From NCBI RefSeq assembly GCF_037042905.1, contig NC_087251.1, forward strand, positions 8,000,001-8,064,000: a DNA stretch of 64,000 bases, written 5' to 3'. The DNA comes from Lytechinus pictus. Taxonomy: Eukaryota. The position numbers and the translations under genes are program-made. Position 1 is the first letter of the stretch. Every line of letters starts with the position of its first letter. The notes beneath the pieces were generated by a model. That model was not told the DNA's origin. It did no database searches and saw only the letters and a list, made by a program, of their open reading frames with translations. This document shows, one piece after another, positions 1 to 13,341 of this stretch.

Positions 1-1684
1 AAAAACCTTTAAAATTATTTATTTTTTTCTAAATTTATCATTATTTGATCTGAATTCTCTCTTTTTTTATATTTTTATTTTATTCATTTTTATTTAGATT
101 GTTTTTTGGGGGGGTTCATTGTTCGTGGTTCATTAAAGATGAAAAATAAATAAGCCCATGTGTGTGTGGTTGTAAAGGGGATGTGGTGAGGGTGTCAAAA
201 CACACTTAAATATTTAAATCTGATTTTTTAAATATGTTTGAATAAGCCTAATACTTAGCATGCTATTCATGTACTAATTAAAAAATTGCAGGAGCTGTGC
301 TTACTATAAACAAATTTGCGGTGTGGTTCACCGTTATATATATTTTTTTAGTTGCCCCCGGTTCCAGAATATTGCTCCCGGTTCCTGTAAAAAGCCCGTG
401 AGCCGGGGGCAATTTTTTTGAAAAATTGCCCCTGGTCTGCAGCTGCTTATTTCAAGGCTTGATCCCATGAAAATTAGTAATCCAATATTATTATTATCAT
501 TTAGATACCCCAACAAAGCCAAACATGAATTAATAAAGCCAAAAAAAAAAAGATTTTACTCATCATTTTATGTCAATCCTGTAAATCATGAGCATAGCGA
601 CTGAGTATTGTCATTTTTAAAGAAATCTCTGTAAAGATGCGCTAGCGTATAGTGCAAGCACAATTTAATTCAATAAATTGATGCAATCTCGCTCCTTTGC
701 CACACCTCCTGGCAACTAATACGCAATGCAATTTCATTGTGATGTAACAATAGCTTCATGTGCACAATCATTTATTATTAACCAATGATAATCTTGTGGG
801 CGGGGCAAAATATTCATTTCATCCAATATGGAAAATATTGGATGGTTTTCATAGGCATACACATTAAAAATCAATTTAAATATTTTGTCTCTTTGAAACA
901 ACCTCGCAAGACGTAAAGAAATATCTGCGCCTATAAAACCCTAAATCTAAATAATAATAAATATTATCCTACCCTCCACGATTTCATAACAATACATTAA
1001 AATGAAAGACATGCTCAGAAATGTAATCTGCTCTATTCATAACATTTTGAGCATGGTCTTCAATGATAAATTAGTGAACAATCACAATTTGAAAAAATTT
1101 CTTGTTCCTCTATGTCCTTGATCAGTTTAAGATAAAAATCACAGTTAATGCCCTTAAATCAACATTCTCGCAAACAAGCATAATTGTTTACATTTAAAAA
1201 GATAATCCCGATTTATTGAATCTACATAGAGTGAATATTTTTTTTTATTTTGAATAAATTTTAAGAATCTTAGATAATTGAGATCTCAAAATATTTATTT
1301 TATCTCGTTCAAAGTTATTTCAGCTGTCAGTGTATCACTCCATAGTATCATGATGCATTCTTCTATGAACATAGTAGGTGGCTGATATGAAATGAGACAA
1401 TGTGACAGTTCTGCTCTGATTTTAATAAACTGCACAGAACTATTATGTAGTATTGTCCCATCAACCCAGATTTCTGGGAAGTAGACCATTCCCTGTACTT
1501 TAAATATATAGCAATTGTCCAGCAAAGCTCAGTTATATCTTTTAAAATGTTAAGACACAATTAGACAAATCACCCCCACATACATGTAATAAACATGCTT
1601 TATACACTTTAAGTCTAATTTTTTTTTTCTTCAAAATATACAAGAAAACCTATATAATTTTATAAAGAGAAAACTCATGACATA

Positions 1685-2914
1685 CCGTATTTTCCGGTAT
1701 ATAAACCGCGGCCGTGTATAAACCGCACCCCCAATTTTTGACTCTTGGAAAAAAAAAAAAATTGAGGAAACCAGAAATAGTGAAATCTGTGTAATATTCT
1801 ATATATTTGAAGGAATATCTTCATGCATTCTCCGTGATACTGAAGCAATAAAATATACGAAAAGATATTATTTGTTCGATGCAAAGTGTTTTCACTTCGA
1901 CAATTTTGACGCAATTATCTCGCTCATGCAATACACAGCGATAATGCCTGTGCGTGGTGCTGAGTCTACGGGCAGCTGCCGGCTGCCCCGAGCTCTGCCT
2001 CTGGTACGTCCAAAGTGAATCGTCCTGACGTATGAATTTTGCCTAAATACTCATAAAACAGACTTATTACCTGTTGACGACGAATTGGGATTGTGTTTAC
2101 TTAAGCAACTCAACACCATCACATGACCAAATAATTTGAGAACGGACTGTTGGCCGAGCGAGACGAGCAGTCACGTCGGCTTTTAACTTTTTTTTCTGAG
2201 CATACATGGAGGGAGCGCATGCGCGTTGCGTTATATCTCGACGCTCGCTCGTGAGTCGCCGCAGCCAGGGGGGGCGACGTTCTCCATTGCTGCAAAAGCA
2301 ATCAATACCGGTAGATGGCGCTTCAACACGTACAGTCTTCAAGTTTAGTTAGCTGCACATTAGAAAGGCCTCGAGCAAGATTTCTGTTTCTTTCTGGGAT
2401 TTTTCTTATTTTTGGTTTGGAAAAGCGATAGTAGGCAGCTTCAAAATTTAGTGCCCTACTGTTCAGTATTAGAGGTATGACATTAGCTGTCAATTACACT
2501 AGCAGATCGGTCAAACAGAAGAGGGTAAAATCTTAACTACGTCTACGGTACTGCGCGACGCTCCGCCTTCAGTTTCCCTGTACGTCGCTAGGCTGCGGCG
2601 CGTCCAGCCATGCCAGCAGGCGCTACCGAGGAGCGCTCACCGAACATGGATTGGCCGTCCCGCGAACGCCACGACAAAAATCATTAAATTATGAAAAGAG
2701 AAAGACAGAGATGATGTAAAGTGAGTTTTATTTCATTCTTTTTACAAGTCCACGTTTCAAACATGTCACACATTCATTATATATGCTAAATTTTTGTCAA
2801 GTCAATCAAGTTTCTGAGGTCTGATTTCTCTGTGTTCGTGTATAAACCGCACCCCCCATTTTCGAGTTTTCCCCCGACGGAAAAAGGTGCGGGTTAATAC
2901 ACCGGAAAATACGG
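1685..2914. mobile_element. Non-autonomous Tc1/mariner (pogo/Tigger-like) element
   Basis: TIR CCGTATTTTCCGGT(A/G)TAT at both ends, TA on both flanks, subterminal TATAAACCGCACCCCC repeats. Confidence 0.85.
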
Positions 2915-2938
2915 TAATGATTTCACTATGATGTCATG

Positions 2939-5040
2939 CAGAGCTGCCAACCTTGTGCAAGCAAAAAAAGGAATCATTATGGCCAAAAAAAGGAATTTCC
3001 AACAAAAAAAAGGAATGTGTTAAAACGAACCTTAAAACCACACGCGACAAACATCCAATGCAAAAAGTATGTATGCAGTGAACAATTTAAAAAAAGTTAA
3101 TCTCTAGGCCTAGTCTGGGCTAAGTAACGGAGTGTTACAAATTGGACCCTTAGTCTTGGGCCGTTTGATATAATCTACCAACTTTAATTAAGTCAGTAGC
3201 AGGGCTTGAATTAAGAATTGAGAGGGGCAAGGCCATTTTTAAATGGGCACTTTCAGCTTGGGGCAACCGGCAAAGTGGCCTTGAATGCCCCAAAATTTCA
3301 AGGGGTATCAAGGCCATTCTAAAGGGCATGAAGGCCACTTTTATTCTAGTCAAATGGGCACCTAGGCAAATTTTTCTAAAAATGATAAGTAGCTAGGCCT
3401 TTCATTTTGTAGTGCAACCTACTCCGGCACTTATCAAAGTGAAGATCTGTCGAGAAAAAATTCTTTCAGGGGCACCAAAATCAGTTCTGGTGAACATTTT
3501 TAGGGCTCCATTTTTCTGGGGCTTCTTTTCCACTTCTAAAATAATTCATTGTTTTATGTTGAGTTTCCTGACAAAACTACCAAATTGTAGACTAAGAGAA
3601 AAAAAAAAAAAAGTTGACATCAATTCAGACTTCTCTTCCCAAGTAACATTGTTTTTGCCAAACAGTACCCTTTAAAATTAAAGTGTCATAAAATGGAAGT
3701 GTACATGTAACATTCCACAAATATAGAAAAATTATTCATAAATCAATCTAATCTAAAATTCAAATAGATCTATAGATAAGATTAAGAAGTTGAAATCATT
3801 CCACAAAAGTCCCATCGTAAATCACTTCACGATGTGCACAGCTCAGCCTCAATCACACTGCACGCACACTCAATCATCCCCAGCAGTGACAGCACTATAG
3901 AGCAGACATCTAGGCCGCCAGAACCGGGGAAGAAATCTTCCCATTCCTGCTAAACTGAATGCTAAAGTGCCGACTTTTTTAATGAATTCCAAAGGCAGTA
4001 GGACATCTCTCTAGTATAAATCATGTGAAACTATCAATAAATGTTGAATATCACCCAGAATTATTACTTCAGGGGACAATGAAGAGCTTTCCAGGTCTTT
4101 TCAAAGCCGAATTCATCGTATTTGTGTGATACGAGTTGATGAAAATTAACCAGACAGTACCGTTATCCGAAGGGAATTGATATTAATCAATTCAAGAAAA
4201 TAGCCTCAAAATTTCATTTCTTTATCACTACAATTAATTTTAAAGTATATGAAAAATATCTTTTGATGATTCAATCTTTAATATATATGATGAGTATTTT
4301 TGTAAAATTTTGCAAATGGAATAATAATTTCCCTCAAACCTCCAAATCCCCTCCATTACAAATGGACTCTTCTCTTACTACATTTGGGGAATTACCCTAC
4401 CCAATTCACCGTACTCCTCGCTCTGCGCTGCAAGAACAAACGTTGGCTCCACTCACCTGAAGAGTGTTGGCCCGTGCGTAAAGACAACGTATTAGCAGTA
4501 ACGTTAGATCTAACATTCTGCGGAAATCTGATTTTCGGATCGTTTTTTTGTACATAAAACATCACTTTATAGGAAAGAAATTACATGCAAATTTAAGATA
4601 AAATATACAAAATTCAGAAATATCGTACCTTAGACCGCAGTTACTGTTATTTCCTTTCAAATGATGATCAAAACATAATCATCCTCGATCATTTCGTTTG
4701 TCATCGTAAGTTGCCATCGTGGATGACGTCATCATCCTTACAGACGTATTTACCAGTCGCTATACATCGCGATTCGTACCATGCATGCCGCTCGCATATT
4801 CAACTAACGTATATGTACGTGCACGCTATCAAATTATTAAAATGCGTTGGAAAACCGGCCGGCAGGCGACTACGCACGCGCAAGTACCAGGCTCATCTCG
4901 GGCTCAACACGCACTCCACATACATACAATTATGTACACACATTATCAAAATTGTCAAAAAACGTAATTTGAAAAGAAAAACCATAATGCCGTAATTTGA
5001 ATGAAAAAACGTAATGATTACGGCAAAAACGTAATGGTTT
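2939..5040. mobile_element. Degenerate hAT-like element, boundaries uncertain
   Basis: Starts CAGAGCTGCCAACC; repeated AAAAGGAAT motifs on the left and AAAACGTAAT motifs at 4958-5040; right TIR not intact. Confidence 0.4.
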
Positions 5041-5339
5041 TTTTCAGACTAGGAGGGAGTTTCAGTGTATCTAGCACAGCTCATGAATTTCAATATCATG
5101 TCATGAGTTTTGTCAACTATCATGAGTTTTACCAAGGGAACACGGGATATATTATTGTAATGCTAAGTTTCAAACTTAAAAAAAATATTAAATTGAACCA
5201 TATTGCCTTGCACCCCCCCCCCCAAAAAAAAAAGTATATTGCCAACAACATTTTATTAATCCTAGATATATTACCCATCAAAGCTTCTGTGCTTAGTCAA
5301 ACTATGATCTGGGTATTTAATCATAATTCATTTTCTTAC

Positions 5340-5423
5340 CTCTACTTCAAAGCCACAGAGAAAGGCTCTAACAAAGTCATGTCCTTTCTGAAGGGAACTT
5401 ATTTCTTGAGTTTGCTCTGAAGA
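5340..5423 (-). CDS. PNO1: PNO1 coding exon 3 (84 bp)
   Basis: CAG acceptor; LQKGHDFVRAFLCGFEVE; GTAAGA donor. Confidence 0.95.
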
Positions 5424-8400
5424 CTGGAACAAAAAGAGATAAAAAAAAATGTATGACAAGAAAAGAGTAAATGATGAGATATGCACTTCAAAGGACAAGC
5501 AATTTATAATTAACAAACCCACATGTGTTTGTTACCGCTGACTCTTGCTGAGATATAATCTACTTAATACTAATAATACATGAGATTTGTATAGCGCACT
5601 TTCCATCTTGATTAGATGCTCAAGGCGCTTCAGAGCAGAACACAAAAACTATTTACATAAAATACATGTCTGAACAATAAGTCAATGTCTATCAGGTTGC
5701 CCTTAAAGGTGGTCACTATAGTCTGGGTTTTCAAACTCTGTGGAAGAGAATTCCACAGGTTAGGCCCTGCATGAGCAAAGGCAACTTAGCAACTGGAATC
5801 GGATAGGAGCCTTTTACAACTGTATCTGTGTACTTAATGCCTTTTGAATTGAAGAAGGAATACCCCATTTGGACGCATTTCATCTAAATTTTTCATCTAA
5901 CATAGTTTCAGATTTGACAACTTTCCTTGGTACATATACATGTATTGATTGGCTGACAATAACAAGAATCTGATGGTTACTTTTGTAATTGTCTGATAAT
6001 TGTTTGTGCTGGCATCGTTCATTACAATGGTCGCATAGTCTAGGTTGAATTATTCAATGAATTGAAAATATCATTGCAAATGCATGATCTCGGCCCTGTA
6101 ACATAAAAAAATATATAATCAATTATCAACATTAAGTATATTTCTCTATGTTACAACCCCCTAGCATCTGAAATAGACAACAGGGGCAGGATATCACTAT
6201 TTTTAAGCAAGTATACAAAAACAAAATAGTTAGGTAAGATTATAAACAAAGATCTACACTGGTACACATAAATGAAACTGAAAATAGATGTTCTACATGT
6301 TAAATGATAGTATTACAATGAAAGCCTCATCCATTTCCCTCTTCATGTATAATTTGTGTTGCCAATTGAGATCTATCCTTAGCAGAAGAATATGGAAAAA
6401 AAAATTGTGGCTGCTGTTTTTTATTAGAAGGTTATATTATTCAAGTCAATGTAACTTACCCTTAGTTCTACATGTCTTGTTTTGAGATTAAATCTGATCT
6501 GTAATTTGAGATGCTCAACAATAGGTGTAAATATCTTCATCCAATTCTCTTTTAGTGGTGTATATCTATTGGCAGGAACAGGAATCTTCCTCATATCAGT
6601 GTTGCCATCCTTGTGGGAAGAAGAAAAAAAGAAAAGGAAAATTAATTAAAGTACAGTTACGCTGAATTCCACTTCAGATAAACTACAAGGGAAAAACAAA
6701 TGAAGTTAGAGACAAAACTTAGTTGACAGTGTGCAAATGATTGCATTAGTGCTAATTAAGTTTGTGTATTGACTGCTCACTTCAGTCCACACTATTTACA
6801 CAGAAGATAGATATTTTCAGACTTCAAGTGATGGTGTGGGAAGCAAGGCAAAAATAAAGCTATTTCTTATATTAAATTCAGCTGTAGACTGGTAAATCAG
6901 CTTGATAAAACTGAATTTTGTCTCTAGAACTAAGCTGTAGACTACCAATTCCAAGGATGCTCTCTCAGTCAAATCACCAAAGAGTTCAGGGGATTGGGCA
7001 TATAGCATATGCCCTTCCATTGATGAAGTTGGTTAGCCTAAAAAAAAAGGTGTATTTTCCAGGCATACATGTACTGTATATGTGACAAAACCTTTCTTCC
7101 TTTGTGTTTAGATCTATGCCAACTTCATGTACCTATGACACTGAAAGTCAAGGAAGATGTACAATTACAATATTTGTGCAAACAATAACATGCCAGACAT
7201 ACAAGAAATATTCAGGCAAACCCTGAATTTGGAAGTCTTCAAATATCAGAAGTCTCAGGGCTACTTAACTTCCAAATTCAGAAGATGTAGTACTTTTTTC
7301 CCCTTCCGGCAAGCACATGTAAAAATGGCAATTCTTCTTTGACTGCTTACTGTTTTTCATGACTGCTTTCATCCATTTTCTACAAATTCAACCACTTTCA
7401 GACATACTTTCTTCACAAATTTTCAAGGCACTAAGCATCTAAAAAAAATTTTAAAAAAGTGTACACAATTACTAACTCTGAAGTAAAGTGACCCAAGACT
7501 TGATATCAGAATTAGATTGGGCATTTCTCAGTTTCATGAAATAAAAATGGTAACACGAACATGATTGGCTGGTGCATTTGTACGCTCAGCTGTATAACAA
7601 ACTCTCTCTCTCTCCTGTGTTCTTCCTCCGCTAAGGTCGGAGATCAATGGCACCGTTGGAAGGGCCCCAATTCATTGAAGGCTCTATAAAGTTGCAATCA
7701 TGAAGAAGTACTGAGTAAGTTTTGACGAGTTGTGTGGAGGTTGCGTAAGAAGTATAGAATATGCATATGTAATTGGGCTTTTGTGTTGTTGCTGATACGC
7801 CCAGGAGGTAAAAAAAGGACAGACTCTACAAAAAGAGCAGGGGTAATTTCAAAGCATGGTCCAAACTGCTTGGTGTTGGGATTAGCCTTAACCTGCTGGA
7901 TAAGGTCCTGTCGGACAGGTACTATGGCTGGACAGGTAGCAACCAGATGTTCCACATCCTCGCAGGCTGACATGCACAGACGACAGCAATCATCAGGTGC
8001 TTTGCCAATCTTGGCGAGCCTGGCTTGGGTCAGATAGACTTGGCAAGAGATCTGAGCATGGATGGTGATGGCTGTCCACGACTGAACCATTCGCTTCCAT
8101 AGATGGTAGTTAGGGGGATTCCTTACAAGTTCATCAAGTGGTGGAAGGCTGAGTTGTTGAAGAGCAGCACGCCATTCTTGTATAGATTTGGTGTTGGCAC
8201 AGACACCATGAAGAAGCATCCTTCGTTCTATCCTGTCCATGTCAGTGCTCAAGATCTGTCCCAGGAGTAGGAGCTTTTCCTGGGTGACCAACATGCCAAT
8301 TGGGATTATGTCAGTGAGAAGATATACTGCTTCGTCGGCTGATGTTGTTGGTAGACCCAAAATCCACTTAAATAGGTGAATCTGTGCTTTATCTAGAGTA

Positions 8401-11400
8401 GACAATTCAACATTGCCCTTGAAAAGGGAATGCTAGAGCAGCCGAAGATCATCCTGGGAACACATGATGGTGAACGATCGAAGAACCTGATTTTCTCTTT
8501 ATTATTGTGCCTCTTTCTGCCCATCAAAAGGGAGAATTAAGCAGTAATCAAGGAAGGTGCTTGCGTAACCTTTTCTCCATAGACGATGTAGTTAAGCGTT
8601 GGTCGAACCTCCACCACTAAGAGTCCTATGGCTGTCATTGGTCTATTGACAGAGGGGATCGATAGCGCAGAGCCAGACGAAGTGTCAGTGGACCATAGGC
8701 TATACATGTATACCCCTGACAGAAATAGACTTTAAATCCGTCTAGCGTACTTTTTCAAAGAACAAGTTTATGATATAACCCTGTTCTCTCTTGGTACTCT
8801 ATGTGTGGCAAAATAAGGTTGGCAATGTTTGGCTTATTTTCTTTTTTCTTTAGAACAAATGCTTGACTGTTTGACACTGTCAGATTCCATTACCGCTAAA
8901 TCATCATATAACTTGATTCTTTTTTACTTTTTCTAAATAACTCCATATCCATTCTCAGGTTAGCCTCAAAATTGGTGATTTAGAGCCAGCATGGAGTTCC
9001 TCAAACATATTATTCGCTGCCGATTTCAAAATATCACATGGGCATGCGCGAGGGTCGCAGGTCCAACTGATGCGGTTTGAAGTGGAGTGGAGTCTGCACG
9101 AACATCACTTGAGGTGAATGCCAGCTTATTTATTTCTCGATACAATGAAGGTCTAACTTACTCAATAGACATCAACGTGCACGTCGTCAATAGTATACCG
9201 TAAGTAACGGACTATAAACCGCACCCGTGGATTAACCGCACCCCCAACTTTGGACTGAAAAAAAAAAAAAAATCCTTCTCATATTTACATGCATATTTGA
9301 GGTACGAAGAAACGCGAGCGTTGCGTAACATTGGGGAAGTACAATAAGAAACAAGATGGCGGCGTAAACATCGGGCAAGTCTCTTCCGTCTTTTCACAAT
9401 ATTTTTTCATTTTTTTGATGAATTCTTGTTTTAAAATAACAACTAGAGCGTAGAAATGTCGGAAATGAAGTTTTATCCTATGTACATGATTTAGAGCTAG
9501 ATCTTTTGGAAGGAAAGTAGAAATCTCGGGGGCGAAAGTTTCAGGGTTTTTTGCGGTACATGCAGATGAATAGGGAGGACTGCCTGGCTTCGTTTAGAGT
9601 AAGCCTATGTTAGTAAATGATTTTTACTCTCAAGAAGCCGCCTGGCTAGGCGGAGGTAAGCGATTTTGCTCTTTTTGTGTCCTTTTAAATTAAAAAAATA
9701 TGTTAAAAAATGAAAATGGAACACTTTTTTATACCATAAAAAGCCCTGGTGAGTAGCGGAATGGGTTTCGGCTAACAATCATTCACGTTATGAAGCGATG
9801 TTAACGACAACTCTAAAATCCACTACAAAAACACGATGGTTGTGCGAGATTCGTATAACTGTTACTTTAAAGTGTTAGAATATACTAAATTACTAACCTC
9901 CATGACCTCGCAAAAGTGTGAGTGGGCCTGGTCACTCTAGGCGACACCCCAATACTTACCCGTGCTAATAAACTGGGACTCCACTCACGTGCATTTGGGC
10001 CGCCCTAGCTTAGAACTAAGCTTTGTTTTACTAAAAAATAAATCTTGTAATGATTCAATAAATGTTACTTAATAAATTAGTACTGTTAAATCGGTACTCA
10101 CCGGTTCTTTTCTTGAATTTTCTGGCAATTTCCCACGCTTCTGGCTTCAATTCTGCGGCTGTTCCTGTCGCGGTAGACAGCTACATATGCAACTTTATTT
10201 ATAAATAGAGCGCCCCTTACGATAGTTGTTAAGAACGCGGCCAAATTGTTAGGTTTTTTGCACTGTGTCCAAGGCGTTTTTATTTTGTTTGATTTTTTAT
10301 TTTTAATAAATATTTTGTTAAATAGCGATTTTTACGTCAAATATTAAATTCATATCACAAAATATTTTTAATTGTAGAAATATATATAATATCATGCAAT
10401 TATTCATTCTATATATATTTTATAATAAAATTTATAATTGTTGCGGTCTTTAAAAAAGGATAGTCGATTGATCAGGTGATGACCACACGTATCACGTGAT
10501 CTGAAAATCAGCTTCATACCGCTTTGATCGCACTCGACGGTGACCGGACTGACTGCCAAAAAAAGATCGAAAAATGACTCAAATGTAAGTTTCCCTTTAT
10601 TTTATTAAATTCAAATTAGGAATAGGAATATATTTAATGGGCAATCTTTTAATAAATGATAAACAAACGAGGACAAAACTCATATTTTGGGATCAGGGTC
10701 GGAATTACACGGGGGCGACGGGCGATTTTGCCCCCATGACAGCCCAAATCGCCCCTAAAAATTCTCAAAACCCAATGCTTTGGGGCGACTTTTTATTTCA
10801 GAATCGCCCCAATAAAATACCATCGACAATGTAAAAAATTCTTCACATAATTACGTTCTCCGGCGGCGGAGCAAGCGCATCTTTTATATCGCCCTTGCCA
10901 GCTTTAAGTTGAACGGTCGATGCAATATCCGAACCTTCCGTAACACCGGAAGCTTCGCGATTGTAAAATAAACGCGCAATGCAATATGGGATGCGGAGTA
11001 CGCATAGTCTTTAGCACGGGGTTTTTAGAATTATTGACGCACTTGCCGCATGGCTTATGTACATGTACGCGTGCACGATTAGACTGCACAGCTGGTAACG
11101 AGACCACGTGCATCGTACGGTATATTATGTGTAGACATGCACAGAATTGTATGCGATCAGCTAGTGATTGTGACAGCGCTAATTATCGACATCGTCGAGT
11201 CGGAGTGCGAGATGGATAAGTTTCTAATTCGAGTTCAACCTGGCTCTGCCAAACGGCCAGAGCCAGCGCCAGAAGCCTCTCCAAATCGAGATACTGTTGA
11301 GAAGGATAAGCCAAAAAAGAAACAGAAAAAGAAACAGTACTGTACAGAGACAATCGACAATAAAGTCTTGGGGCCACTTTTTCTCGAATCTGAAGTGTGT

Positions 11401-13077
11401 GAAGCTGAAGCTCTGGTGCACTAGCGTACCTACGCCTACGGGGGGGGGGGCAGTCTACTCCCCCTGACGAGTCACAACCCATGCACTTTTTTTTTTTTTT
11501 TTTTTTTTTGCTTGTCAATTTTTTCTCGTACTAAATCTTGAAGACTTATTTTTTTTTTTTTTGCTTGTCACATTTTTGGGCGGACGAATTTGCCCCCCCC
11601 CCCCCCTGTGAAAAATCCTAGGTACGCCACTGCTCTGGTGGGATCACTGTTGTTTATTGTAAGGCCTGTAGCCTACAGTAATTACAATTAAAAATGTTCT
11701 GAGCTTTTAGGCATCACATTGAGTCTCGGAATGTCAAAAGGTAATTGCTGATATGCGATAAAAAGTAGCCCCATGAATTAGAAAATAGCCCCAAGATATT
11801 CAGTGGTAGCCCCAATGTAAAAAAAAAAGTAGCCCCTAAAAAAAAAAAATTAATTCCTACCCTGTTTGGGAGTAATATCATACTTGGGTGCAGGAAACAG
11901 TACGTTTAGAAGTTCTAACCTGTTTTTAACGCATTGTCGCCTATGAGGTCCATACATGTTAAAGGAGAATGAAACCCTTGAAACTAGCTGACAACATATC
12001 AAAGAGAAAAATCAAAGAAACATATTGTTGAAAGTTTGAGGAAGATTGAATGAATAATAAGAAAGTTATGAACATTTGAATATTGAGATCACTAGTGCCA
12101 TGTAGATCCTCCCATCGGCAATGCGACCAAGATCTGTGATATCACACACGTACAACTCCCTCATTACTTTAGTACTTATTTCACTTATATTCTCACTTTT
12201 ATAGAGTCTATCACAAGGTTAGGTGTTTTCTTTACGAGATGACAAGTACAGAGGTTTCACAACATTATTTATATCATTGATGAATCGTTTGTCATATGAT
12301 TAGAATGAGCAAAAAGAGATGTTTTGGGGTATATTTTCAGTGTCCGAATGGGAGAGTTGTACGTGTGTGACATCACAGATCTTGGTCGCATTGCCAATGG
12401 GAGGATCTCCATAGCATTAGTGATCTCGACATTCAAATGCTCATAACTCTTTTATTGCTAGTCCTATTTTACTCAAAGTTTTGATGATCTTATTCTTTGA
12501 TTTTTCTGCTTTCACAAAAGCTAACTTGCTCCAAGAGTTTCATTCTCCTTTAATGTTTGGACCTCATTGGTACTAGGAGACTCCTAGTACCAATGAGGTC
12601 TCCTAGTACCAATGAGGTCCAAACATTAAAGGAGAATGAGTGGAGTGGGCCTGGTCTAGATGAATTATAAATATAATAACATAAACTAATATTAATAAAA
12701 ATAAATTGTTACTTGCATGCCCCTTACCTCCATCCCAGCCCCCACTCGTGTTTTGTTACTTTTATTTGAAAAGATAGTAAAAAATAATAGTATTGACATA
12801 GTCGTCAGAGCCTAGGAGTAGGATCTAACTGCTAACATTAACTTCAATAGGTGGGACAATAATTACTTACGAGTAATCGTGCTCCTTTTAATGGAGGAAA
12901 ATGCGGCCTTTTCTCTGTCTTTTCTTGTGTTTCTGTGACCATTTTTTCCTCTGTCAACTTTCTCTTTCGACTGGATTTGGGTTTTACTGAACGAAATTCT
13001 TCAGATTGCTGTGAGTTCTCTGCTCCCTCATGAGTAGTTTCCATCCTCGTGTTAGCGACAGTGCTCTTGCTCGCCAT
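5340..13077 (-). CDS. PNO1: RNA-binding protein PNO1 (40S biogenesis, KH-domain), 5' part: join(13077..12871, 6609..6460, 5423..5340); later exons not found in the window
   Basis: Three phase-0 GT-AG exons splice to MASKST...KRPHFPPLKGARLL/DGNTDMRKIPVPANRYTPLKENWMKIFTPIVEHLKLQIRFNLKTRHVELR/SSEQTQEISSLQKGHDFVRAFLCGFEVE, which I recognise as PNO1/Dim2 motifs. Confidence 0.96.
5571..5785 (-). mobile_element. L2/CR1-group LINE 3' fragment
   Basis: Minus strand reads AFAHAGPNLWNSLP, then an AAGCGCCTTGAG...GCGCTATACAAAT 3' stem-loop and (TTA)n tail. Confidence 0.75.
6460..6609 (-). CDS. PNO1: PNO1 coding exon 2 (150 bp)
   Basis: Polypyrimidine tract plus AAG acceptor; RKIPVPANRYTPLKENWMKIFTPIVEHL; GTAAGT donor. 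Confidence 0.97.
7602..8405 (-). mobile_element. Truncated non-LTR retrotransposon, ORF2 C-terminal region
   Basis: 235-aa ORF with KWILGLPTTSADEAVY post-RT motif and CRLC...EDVEHLVATC zinc finger; short 3' UTR ends in an (AG)n tail. Confidence 0.85.
9198..9270. mobile_element. Solo left end of a pogo/Tigger-like element related to 1685-2914
   Basis: TA|CCGTAAGTAACGGACTATAAACCGCACCCGTGGATTAACCGCACCCCCAA closely resembles the 1685 end; no partner TIR seen. Confidence 0.6.
10694..11864 (+). mobile_element. Internally deleted hAT element with a transposase N-terminal remnant
   Basis: TIR CAGGGT(C/A)GGAATTA; 8-bp TSD TTTGGGA(T/G); subterminal TCGCCCC/TAGCCCC repeats; relic reading MDKFLIRVQ...KKKQ and VYCKAC. 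Confidence 0.8.
11419..11632. mobile_element. hAT MITE nested in 10694-11864
   Basis: Perfect 8-bp TSD CTCTGGTG (11411-11418 and 11633-11640); TIR CA(C/G)T(A/G)GCGTACCTA. Confidence 0.88.
11963..12549. mobile_element. Palindromic Kolobok/T2-like MITE
   Basis: TTAA on both sides; AGGAGAATGAAAC...GTTTCATTCTCCT termini; arms inverted over roughly 200 bp. Confidence 0.85.
12871..13077 (-). CDS. PNO1: PNO1 coding exon 1 (69 codons)
   Basis: ATG at 13077; basic RKRK stretch and KRPHFPPL motif; GTAAGT donor at 12870-12865. Confidence 0.92.
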
Positions 13078-13341
13078 GATGATTGCGTAATGCTCATGCT
13101 ACACGTCTACGTACGGCAACGGTCTACATGAGTCGAGTTCATCGAGTGGCATGGCCATGGCAAAGCCCCCGGCCACGCCGGCGATCGAGTGCACCGTACC
13201 CCCATCCTGATCCTAGCTGGAGCTCCGCGAGGAGGATCATCGAGGAGAGCGAGCACGGTGACGTGAGAAAGGTAGAGAGAGTTTTAGAGGCAGAGCCGGG
13301 AGCTGAGCTGTGCCTGTGTCAAGCTAGTCAAGTGTGTAAGT
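13078..13341. promoter_or_regulatory. Probable bidirectional PNO1/KPTN promoter, including a putative non-coding KPTN first exon ending at 13335
   Basis: Short GC/CpG-rich island directly upstream of the PNO1 ATG; plus-strand GTAAGT donor at 13336-13341; the KPTN ATG exon starts with an acceptor 6 nt before the ATG, which implies an upstream exon. Confidence 0.6.

Noticed and set aside
680..720. Minus-strand GGCAAAGGA (GKG) as the PNO1 GRIAGKGG exon
   Set aside because: Surrounding codons read ARRCGKGAR, which does not match, and there are no suitable splice sites; the remaining PNO1 exons probably lie left of the window.
5001..5420. 139-aa plus-strand ORF
   Set aside because: It spans repeat-derived low-complexity sequence and is antisense to PNO1 exon 3; no recognisable protein.
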